From: an uncultured SAR86 cluster bacterium
GTDB taxonomy: Bacteria > Pseudomonadota > Gammaproteobacteria > Magnimaribacterales > D2472
NCBI GenBank assembly: GCA_902602595.1
Contig: CACKRJ010000001.1
Location: forward strand, 346,522-410,521
Direction of reading: 5' to 3'
DNA length: 64,000 nucleotides
Shown here: positions 56,878 to 64,000 of the stretch, piece by piece
Position numbering within the stretch: the stretch's first letter is position 1
Layout of the letters: each line of letters begins with the position of its first letter
The notes under the pieces: model-generated
What the model was told of the DNA's origin: nothing
The model's input: the letters and a program-made list of their open reading frames with translations, nothing else
The model's database searches: none
Translations under genes and position numbers: made by a program

Positions 56878-56884
56878 TTCATTA

Positions 56885-57535
56885 ATGGTAAAACTTAATT
56901 CTACCACTGCTATTCTCTCAGATCTTGACGGAGTGATCTTAAATCTTGATTACGATATAAAGTTTTGGGAATCATGGTTGCCTGAGCACTTGGCCAGCCA
57001 ATCAAACCAAAGCCTAAAGGAAGTGAAAACAAAGATACAAGCAGAAATTGATATCCAAAGAGGAACTTTAAATTTTTATGACCTAAATTATTGGGATGAT
57101 TTACTGAGTGTTGACTGCATGAAAATTATCAGAGAACAAGAAGAGAAATGCTCTTACTTAGAAGGTTCATATGAAGCTTTGCAAAGATTATCAACCATGC
57201 AAAACCCTAAACATATTCTGACTAATGGAGACCCAAGGGCACAGGAATACAAAGCAGAGACTCAAAATTTTCTAGAATTTTTTGATTCAATTTTTTATAG
57301 CATGCATGCAGGATACCCCAAAGAGGAAAAAGAATTCTGGGCTTTAGCAAGGCACAATTTAAATCTAGATTTTGAAGATGCGATATTTATTGATGATGAT
57401 TTTAAGGTCGTCACAGCTGCTATTAAAGTGGGAATCAAGAAAGTGATCTGGATTACTCCAGGCAAAAATAGAGTTTTGCAAAACGGAATTGAGACTTTTC
57501 CTAGTCTAGCTGAGTTAACTGCTACAATTACTTGA
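56885..57535 (+). CDS. HAD superfamily hydrolase
   Basis: Motif I SDLDGVILN and motif IV FIDDD. 216 aa. Confidence 0.6.
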   Translation: MVKLNSTTAILSDLDGVILNLDYDIKFWESWLPEHLASQSNQSLKEVKTKIQAEIDIQRGTLNFYDLNYWDDLLSVDCMKIIREQEEKCSYLEGSYEALQRLSTMQNPKHILTNGDPRAQEYKAETQNFLEFFDSIFYSMHAGYPKEEKEFWALARHNLNLDFEDAIFIDDDFKVVTAAIKVGIKKVIWITPGKNRVLQNGIETFPSLAELTATIT

Positions 57536-58654
57536 ATCTAGGTTCTCATAATCGAGAGCCTGTAAAATTCGATCAAAAATTTCTGTGTTATCCATTACCC
57601 CACTAAATAGTTCTGCGCCTGGACCATAAGCATAAATATTAATTGGCGATAGATCATGACTCCCAGTGGTCCATTGAGCTTGAACCTTTGAACCTTTTGG
57701 ACGCTGCAAGACCAAACCACCTGTAGCATGATCAGCAGTAATAAGAATTAAAGTATCTTGATTTGCAACAGCAAAATTTGTGGCAGCTTGAACGGTTGCT
57801 TCAAAATCAGCAAATTCAACCAACATATATTCAACATTGTTATCGTGACCCGCCCAATCTATTTGACTGCCTTCAGACATTAAGAAAAATCCTGAGCAAT
57901 TTTCAGATTTTCTTTCAAGAAAACTCAGTGCAACTTCTGTCATCTGAAGCTGAGTTGGAGTTCCTAACTTTCTATCAAAACCATCCTCAGCAAAGAGCCC
58001 TATCACCTGCTCTTTTGAACTAAGCAATGTGGAATCTAATAGGCTCTTGTCATAGATCATAAAGGGGCTATCTTGAGATGGAGTAACATTAAAAAATTCT
58101 TGGCCACCACCAAGGGCAATGTCTATATCAGAATCAACGAGCATTTTCGCTATTTCTTTTTCTTTGTGACGGTTATCAATGTGAGCATAAAAAGCTGCAG
58201 GTGTAGCGTGAGTAATAGATGAAGTTGCCACTAGACCAGACTTATAACCTTTCGTGCTTAAAAGTTCCGTAATGGTAGGAAGAAATTTCTTCTCAGCATC
58301 AACTGCCAAGTATCGATTTTTTGTTTTAACTCCTGTAGACCATGCTGTAGCTGAGGCTGCTGAATCAGTATAAAGACTATCTGCTGAATGATTGTAGACA
58401 ACCCCAGTGATAGGAAAATTTTCAAACGACAATCTATGATCAGGGCCACCAGTTGCGAATCTTGCTAAGGCGACTTGATTGGGACCCATGCCATCTCCAA
58501 TCAATAAAATAATATTTTTTGCTTTAATTGCTGGGGAACTTTCGAGGGTTATAGATGGTTTTGTATCAGAGCCAATAGCAACCAACTCAATATCATCCCC
58601 AGGTCCGCAGGCAAAGAGCATAAAGGTGCTTAAGATGAGTAAAGATTTTTTCAT
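57515..58654 (-). CDS. Alkaline phosphatase (PhoA family), probable lipoprotein
   Basis: IGDGMG and TDSAASATAWSTGVKT (Ser nucleophile). The signal sequence carries lipobox LFAC. Confidence 0.9.
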   Translation of the reverse strand: MKKSLLILSTFMLFACGPGDDIELVAIGSDTKPSITLESSPAIKAKNIILLIGDGMGPNQVALARFATGGPDHRLSFENFPITGVVYNHSADSLYTDSAASATAWSTGVKTKNRYLAVDAEKKFLPTITELLSTKGYKSGLVATSSITHATPAAFYAHIDNRHKEKEIAKMLVDSDIDIALGGGQEFFNVTPSQDSPFMIYDKSLLDSTLLSSKEQVIGLFAEDGFDRKLGTPTQLQMTEVALSFLERKSENCSGFFLMSEGSQIDWAGHDNNVEYMLVEFADFEATVQAATNFAVANQDTLILITADHATGGLVLQRPKGSKVQAQWTTGSHDLSPINIYAYGPGAELFSGVMDNTEIFDRILQALDYENLDSSNCSS

Positions 58655-58655
58655 T

Positions 58656-59507
58656 TTATTTTCTGCTGGGTTGCAATGACTCTAGACGAGTTTTGTGCAC
58701 TTCATCAGGAGACAGCGAATAGTCAAAGTCATAAAGAGCTCCCTCCCAATCACCGTAAGCAATATTTTGAAGCATGAACCACTTGACTCCCCAATAATCA
58801 GCATAATCTTTAACAATGTTCGCACGATTGCTTGGGTTTAAATTGTTGTCTTTAGCATCTACAAAATCCCCCAAGTTATCTCCAGCCATCAAAAGGACTC
58901 TATATTCATTACCCACCAATGTCCTTCTTGGGCCCTTATCAGAGTCCCAGTTATTTTCTCCTCTCATTAAAACAGTTTCCTTGGTTTGGTCCCAGTGAAT
59001 GCCAAGCTTGGTAAGATTCTTTTTGGTTGCCTCTTTTAACTCAACCACTCGATTGGTGACATAAAAAATTGTTACGCCTTTTGCAGCGGCATAATTCAGA
59101 AAGTCTTTTGCTCCAGGAACCTCAGTGGCAGCTGCTTCTTTGCCCCAACTTACCCACCCCTCTGGGTACTTGGTACCATCAAGAATCATTCTAGCTTCAT
59201 AAGCAGTATTATCTAAAACTGTCTCATCCACATCTACTATGATGGCTGGCTTTTTATTCTGAACATCTTGTCCTGGCAAAGCGCTCCAAGAGGGATCTGC
59301 CAAGGCAATATCTAGCGCTTGCTTTGCAGATCTAAAGGTTTGAAGACTTCCTGCCAGTCTTTCAGCTGCCGTCTGCTGATAGAGAACAGACATAATATTT
59401 TGTTCTTTTAGGTCTCTAACATCTTTCTTTGCGTTCTCTGCAAAAATAATTTCTGTTGTGATCAGCGAGTTTAAAAGAAATAAACTTTGCCAGAGACGTG
59501 CTTTCAT
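58656..59507 (-). CDS. Class C acid phosphatase / 5'-nucleotidase, lipoprotein e(P4) family
   Basis: Signal peptide, DVDETVLDN and GDNLGDF motifs. Its stop is 1 bp from the alkaline phosphatase start. Confidence 0.85.
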   Translation of the reverse strand: MKARLWQSLFLLNSLITTEIIFAENAKKDVRDLKEQNIMSVLYQQTAAERLAGSLQTFRSAKQALDIALADPSWSALPGQDVQNKKPAIIVDVDETVLDNTAYEARMILDGTKYPEGWVSWGKEAAATEVPGAKDFLNYAAAKGVTIFYVTNRVVELKEATKKNLTKLGIHWDQTKETVLMRGENNWDSDKGPRRTLVGNEYRVLLMAGDNLGDFVDAKDNNLNPSNRANIVKDYADYWGVKWFMLQNIAYGDWEGALYDFDYSLSPDEVHKTRLESLQPSRK

Positions 59508-59552
59508 AGATTCAAGCTATTATAATTTTTTGTTTAAAAACATATTGTATCC

Positions 59553-59717
59553 ATGAGCAAAGAAATAATCACCAAATTAGACGAGTTAGATAATGGACTG
59601 AAGAAACTTAGCGCTGAGAGAAAAGTAGTCCTCCCTCATCACAAAACATTTGAATTAGTAGATGAGCTGAGGGATATTGTTAAAAATATCAAAAATGAGG
59701 TAGGTTCAAATGAGTAA
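59553..59717 (+). CDS. Hypothetical small protein (54 aa), possibly not translated
   Basis: Own translation: MSKEIITKLDELDNGLKKLSAERKVVLPHHKTFELVDELRDIVKNIKNEVGSNE*. It fills an unusually long 202-bp spacer. Its stop overlaps the next gene's start (aATGAGTAA). No Shine-Dalgarno sequence and no family were recognised. Confidence 0.3.
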   Translation: MSKEIITKLDELDNGLKKLSAERKVVLPHHKTFELVDELRDIVKNIKNEVGSNE

Positions 59718-60570
59718 ATACACATGTTTTGATGTCAGCGTAAAAGATCATGTGGCCCATGTGGTCATGAATCGTCCTGATGAATTTAATTCCATGACAC
59801 GACTATTCTGGAAAGAACTACCTGAAATAGTTAAAGAACTAGATAAGAATGCCGAAGCAAGAGTGATTTTATTAAAAGGAGAAGGCAAGCATTTTAATGC
59901 CGGCATGGATTTGGCTAATTTTGCTCCTGCAGATAAAAACGGTCCAAAAAAAGACCCTGCTCGAATGCGAGAAACTTTTTATCATGAAGTCCTAGAACTG
60001 CAAAATACCTTTACTGCATTAGAGGAATGCCGCATGCCGACAATTGCATCAATCCAAGGCGCTTGTGTTGGTGGTGGCATAGATATGGTTTCTGCTTGTG
60101 ATATTAGGCATTGTTCATCAGATGCATTCTTTAAAATTGCTGAAGTTGATATTGGGCTAGCGGCAGATGTTGGAACTTTACAAAGATTGCCCACATTAAT
60201 GCCAATTGGTGCAGTGAGAGAGCTTGCTTATACTGGTAGAAAGTTTCTTCCAGCAGAAGCCCTAGAATTAGGCTTTATGAATAAAGTTTTTGAAACTAGA
60301 GAAGGCCTTGAAAAAGGTTCACTAGAATTGGCTAGAGAAATTGCCTCTAAATCTCCACTAGTTACTCGCGTTATTAAAAAACAAATTAATTATGCGCGTG
60401 ATCACAGTGTGAAAGAAGCTCTTGATTACCATGCGGCATGGAATTCTTCATTAATTAGCGGTCAAGATATGGAAGCAGCAATGAAAGCTTTTATGGAAAA
60501 ATCAAAAGCCAATTATGATGACTTAGAGCCAACACATTCATTCTGGGAAAAAGACGGGTTAGTTCCTTAA
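59710..60570 (+). CDS. Enoyl-CoA hydratase/isomerase (crotonase) family protein
   Basis: GEGKHFNAGMDL and IQGACVGGGIDMVSACDIR. GAGG lies 9 nt upstream of the ATG. Confidence 0.88.
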   Translation: MSKYTCFDVSVKDHVAHVVMNRPDEFNSMTRLFWKELPEIVKELDKNAEARVILLKGEGKHFNAGMDLANFAPADKNGPKKDPARMRETFYHEVLELQNTFTALEECRMPTIASIQGACVGGGIDMVSACDIRHCSSDAFFKIAEVDIGLAADVGTLQRLPTLMPIGAVRELAYTGRKFLPAEALELGFMNKVFETREGLEKGSLELAREIASKSPLVTRVIKKQINYARDHSVKEALDYHAAWNSSLISGQDMEAAMKAFMEKSKANYDDLEPTHSFWEKDGLVP

Positions 60571-61326
60571 GAAGACAGGCTCGGAATCTGTTGAAAGTTT
60601 TTTTGAGTACTTATAACCTTCAGAATTAAAATTCTTTAAGTCCTCGGACTTAGTAACTTTGTTTTTAATCATCCAGTGACTCATGAAGCCACGAGCTTTT
60701 TTAGCATAAAAACTAATGAGTTTGTATTCACCATTTTTAAAATCTTTAAAAACGGGTGAAACAACTTCAACATCTGTTGGCAGGGATCCCACAACGGTGA
60801 AATATTCTTTTGATGCAAGGTTTACAACAAGATTTGATTTATTTGCTTTAAGTTCCTTCAAAATATTTTCTTGAACTTTATTACCCCAGAACTCATATAG
60901 ATTTTTGCCCTTGGAGTTTTGCAATTTAGTGCCCATCTCCAAGCGATAAGGCTTAATGACGTCCAAAGGTCTTAACTCGCCATACAAGCCAGATAAAATT
61001 CTTAAATGTTTTTGTGCAAAAGTTATATCTTTTTTATTAAAAGTATCTGCTTGCAGGCCCTGATAGACATCACCCTGAAACACAAACAAAGCTGGTTGGC
61101 TGTCAGCACTTATTTTTTTAGCTGCTGACCAACTCTGAAAACGATCAAAGTTGAGGGTTGCCAACTTATCGCTTAAGCCCATGAGGGAGGCAATGTCTTT
61201 AGGCTCTTTTGTTTTTAGCTCTTTAATTAACTTGGTTGAATCAGACAAAAATGCAGGCGCAGTAGGCTCCACATCAAATTCCTTAGTGTAATCAAGAGTT
61301 TTGGCTGGTGATAATAAAACGATCAT
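60559..61326 (-). CDS. yaaA: Peroxide stress protein YaaA (UPF0246)
   Basis: MIVLLSPAKTLD N-terminus as in E. coli YaaA. The ATG at 61326 is preferred over 61344. Confidence 0.9.
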   Translation of the reverse strand: MIVLLSPAKTLDYTKEFDVEPTAPAFLSDSTKLIKELKTKEPKDIASLMGLSDKLATLNFDRFQSWSAAKKISADSQPALFVFQGDVYQGLQADTFNKKDITFAQKHLRILSGLYGELRPLDVIKPYRLEMGTKLQNSKGKNLYEFWGNKVQENILKELKANKSNLVVNLASKEYFTVVGSLPTDVEVVSPVFKDFKNGEYKLISFYAKKARGFMSHWMIKNKVTKSEDLKNFNSEGYKYSKKLSTDSEPVFLRN

Positions 61327-61364
61327 GGTTCTTATTTTAAACAAATCTCTTTAATATACATAGC

Positions 61365-61817
61365 ATGAGTGATTATTTAGGTCGGTTTTTTGCACGCCTG
61401 ATGCCTATTTTATTAATGTTGGTCATGGTGGTGGTCATTGGTCGATATTTTTTTGGTATCGGCAGAGTGGATATTCAAGAACTGGCTTTGTATTTGCATG
61501 CACTTATTTTTTTAGGCTGTGCGGGTTGGGCCTACTCTGCAGATGAGCATGTACGAGTTGATATTTTTTACCGTAATGCATCGCTAGAATACAAAAAATT
61601 AGTTAACACTTGTGGAATATTATTTTTTCTTTTGCCAACTGTTGGTGTTTTGGGATACTACGCACTAGATTTTGTTGCAGCTTCTTGGTCTGTAAAAGAA
61701 ATTTCTACTGAGCCGGGTGGGCTGAGCATTGTTTATATCCAAAAATCTTTTATTTTTTTATTTCCACTGGTTTTAGCTTTGGCTGGAATCAAGGAGCTAT
61801 ATAGAACATGGAAATAA
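61365..61817 (+). CDS. dctQ: TRAP transporter small permease subunit
   Basis: 150 aa and 4 TM helices. It overlaps the downstream DctM-type gene by 10 bp. Confidence 0.75.
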   Translation: MSDYLGRFFARLMPILLMLVMVVVIGRYFFGIGRVDIQELALYLHALIFLGCAGWAYSADEHVRVDIFYRNASLEYKKLVNTCGILFFLLPTVGVLGYYALDFVAASWSVKEISTEPGGLSIVYIQKSFIFLFPLVLALAGIKELYRTWK

Positions 61818-63136
61818 TTCCAATTCTTTTAATAGTTCTAATTTGTGCCGCCCTTCTGCTTGGTTACCCAGTAGCCTTCACACTTGCTGGAACCTCAATC
61901 TTGTTTGCGCTCCTTGGCATCGCATTAGATTTTTTTGATCCTAATTTATTCAAAACGATCCCCATGCGAATCTTTGGAATCATGAACAATCAAACTCTCC
62001 TAGCTGTTCCGCTGTTTGTTTTTATGGGTGTGGTCCTAGAAAGATCTGGCATTGCCACCAAAATGCTTAAAGATATGGCCATAGTATTCAAAAATACAAA
62101 TTCAGGCCTAAGTATCTCTATTATTATTGTTGGAGCCTTGCTAGCTGCAAGCACTGGTATTGTTGGCGCAACGGTTGTGACCATGGGTCTGATGTCCCTG
62201 CCCGCCATGTTAAAACAAGGGTATGACAAAGATTTTGCAGCGGGATTAGTTGCCTCCACTGGAACGTTAGGTCAGATTATCCCTCCTTCCATAGCTCTGG
62301 TCTTGCTTGGAGATGTGATGTCAAATGCCTATCAAAGAGCCCAAAACAATATGGGAGTATTTTCACAAGAAACTGTATCCGTAGGAGATTTATTTGTCGG
62401 AGCAATTGTTCCAGGCATGATGATTGTTGCAGGGTATTTAATTTACACCATCCTTATTAATCGAAAAAAAGAATTTTTACCAGTAGATGAAATTGAGGGT
62501 GAGGCAAACATCTTCAAAACTCTCGTCCCACCAGCAACCCTTATTTTTGTTGTTCTTGGATCCATTATTGCAGGGATAGCAACACCAACTGAAGCTGCAG
62601 GCGTTGGAGCCTTTGGAGCGCTTATTATTGCGGGACTAAATGGAAGTGCAAATCTAGAACTGCTAAGAGTAACTAGTTATAAAGCTGCAACGGTTACCAC
62701 TATGATTTTCAGCATTCTTATTGGTGCGTCAATTTTTTCATTAATTTTTAGAGGTGTCGGTGGGGATCTTTTGGTTGATCAGATATTTGAGATGATGCCA
62801 GGTGGCAAATATACTGCTCTATTATTTATTTTGCTTGCCATCTTTCTCTTTGGTTTTATCTTAGACTTCATAGAAATTTGCTATGTCATTATTCCTTTGG
62901 TGGCTCCGCCACTATTAATGATGGGTTTTGATCCTGTTTGGCTTGGAATATTGATGGCGATTAATTTACAGACCTCTTTCTTAACCCCGCCCTTTGGCTT
63001 TTCCTTGTTTTATCTCAGAGGAGTTGCGGATGAGAGAATTAAGACCGCAAATATTTACAAAGGAGTTATTCCCTTTATTTTGATTCAGCTAGCTGTATTA
63101 TTGATAGTAATAATTTTTCCATTCTTTATTTTATAA
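61808..63136 (+). CDS. dctM: TRAP transporter large permease subunit
   Basis: 442 aa and about 12 TM helices. It has the typical DctM blocks LLAVPLFVFMG, GIVGATVVTMG and TPPFGFSLFYL. Confidence 0.9.
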   Translation: MEIIPILLIVLICAALLLGYPVAFTLAGTSILFALLGIALDFFDPNLFKTIPMRIFGIMNNQTLLAVPLFVFMGVVLERSGIATKMLKDMAIVFKNTNSGLSISIIIVGALLAASTGIVGATVVTMGLMSLPAMLKQGYDKDFAAGLVASTGTLGQIIPPSIALVLLGDVMSNAYQRAQNNMGVFSQETVSVGDLFVGAIVPGMMIVAGYLIYTILINRKKEFLPVDEIEGEANIFKTLVPPATLIFVVLGSIIAGIATPTEAAGVGAFGALIIAGLNGSANLELLRVTSYKAATVTTMIFSILIGASIFSLIFRGVGGDLLVDQIFEMMPGGKYTALLFILLAIFLFGFILDFIEICYVIIPLVAPPLLMMGFDPVWLGILMAINLQTSFLTPPFGFSLFYLRGVADERIKTANIYKGVIPFILIQLAVLLIVIIFPFFIL

Positions 63137-63140
63137 ATCT

Positions 63141-63374
63141 ATGAATTTAAATTCCCTGCTTTTTGCTTTTGGTGCCATTACATTCCTTGTAACATTTTCT
63201 TGGTTTAAATATGCAGCCATGGAAGTCTTCAAAAGAGAGCTTCAATCCAATGAAAATGATGAAGGCGTATGGCCAAAACTCTTTAAAGTTTTCTTAGTAG
63301 ATTGGTTGATATGTGTACTTGGTGTCTTGGGAACAGGTGTTTTATTTGTTGTTATTTTTAGCTTTGCCCACTAA
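63141..63374 (+). CDS. Small 2-TM membrane protein (77 aa), hypothetical
   Basis: Starts 4 nt after the dctM stop on the same strand. It has two hydrophobic helices flanking an acidic loop. No family was recognised. Confidence 0.35.
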   Translation: MNLNSLLFAFGAITFLVTFSWFKYAAMEVFKRELQSNENDEGVWPKLFKVFLVDWLICVLGVLGTGVLFVVIFSFAH

Positions 63375-64000
63375 CCATTGAAAGCCCTGCATTATTTTTT
63401 TCTAATGCTCTTTCTGCTCTATAGCTAGATCTAACCATAGGCCCAGAGACAACTTCTAGAAATCCTTTTGCCAATCCAATATCTCGATAGCGATCAAATT
63501 CTCTCGGAGTGACCCATCTTTCAACAGGCAGATGGTTGAGAGTTGGTCTTAAGTATTGGCCTAAAGTAAGTATATCTACTTTATTAGCAATAAGATCATC
63601 CATGGTCTCTTCTATCTCAGCATCAGTTTCACCTAGACCTAAAATTAGACTAGTTTTAGTAAGAACTCTTGGATTAATTCTTTTAGACTCTGCTAAAACT
63701 TCAAGTGTTTGTTCATACCCTGCCCTAATATCTCTGACTGGATGAGTGAGTCTTTTTACTGTCTCTACATTTTGAGCAAAAACCTCCAATCCACAATTTA
63801 CTAATGTCTCAATAGAAGAAGACAAGCCTTTAAAGTCAGGAGTTAATGCCTCAACTGCGGTGTTAGGATTTAGCTCTTTAATAGCTTTAACAGTTTGTGC
63901 ATAGTGCTCTGCCCCACCGTCTTCTAAATCATCCCTATTAACAGAAGTAAGAACCACATACTTAAGTCCCATGGTCTTTACAGCTTTAGCCGTATGCATG
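63358..64000 (-). CDS. lipA: Lipoyl synthase (partial; N-terminus beyond the window end)
   Basis: [39 protein letters not shown] and [19 protein letters not shown] align with the E. coli LipA C-terminal two-thirds. Confidence 0.95.
   Translation of the reverse strand, partial: MHTAKAVKTMGLKYVVLTSVNRDDLEDGGAEHYAQTVKAIKELNPNTAVEALTPDFKGLSSSIETLVNCGLEVFAQNVETVKRLTHPVRDIRAGYEQTLEVLAESKRINPRVLTKTSLILGLGETDAEIEETMDDLIANKVDILTLGQYLRPTLNHLPVERWVTPREFDRYRDIGLAKGFLEVVSGPMVRSSYRAERALEKNNAGLSMVSGQS

Noticed and set aside
1-64000. CRISPR arrays, insertion sequences, prophage or defence-system genes
   Set aside because: Apart from the single 91-bp tandem duplication, no repeat-spacer periodicity was seen. 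None of the translated ORFs shows a transposase, integrase, Cas, restriction-modification, toxin-antitoxin or phage hallmark.

Overview
This is an AT-rich, very gene-dense chromosomal segment with about 78 protein genes and one tRNA. I infer a streamlined marine gammaproteobacterium from the proC-yggT-metXW-rdgB-hemW, mutY-yggX, lgt-thyA-folA and yibN-grxC gene orders. All product calls come from reading the supplied translations and my own hand translations against remembered family motifs. No database search was possible.

Content is almost entirely core metabolism and housekeeping:
- ubiquinone synthesis: ubiCA
- nitrogen control: a type II glutamine synthetase with NtrC sites and a sigma-54 promoter, then ntrBC
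- glycine cleavage: gcvTHP
- a Fur-controlled Fe(III)-type ABC importer
- a six-gene TonB2/Ttp-type energy-transduction cluster
- an ACE-like M2 peptidase, efp, argS, rpoH, phosphatases, TRAP permease subunits and lipA

I found no CRISPR array, transposase, integrase, prophage or recognisable defence genes, and no convincing novel multi-gene system.

Most noteworthy items:
1. A full-length trmB that the ORF track misses. It has no ATG/GTG/TTG start and lies in frame 5 codons after the rpoH stop.
2. A tight four-gene operon of amino-acid-modifying enzymes next to tRNA-Phe, flanked by a D-aminoacylase and a flavin monooxygenase. Its substrate is unknown.
3. A 91-bp tandem duplication at the yqiB/yqiA junction.
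4. Orphan TRAP DctQM genes with an attached 77-aa membrane ORF.
5. Extreme compaction, including convergent genes that share overlapping stop codons.

Two further genes below or outside the ORF-track criteria were recovered by hand: a rubredoxin, and a 5'-partial transporter at the window edge.
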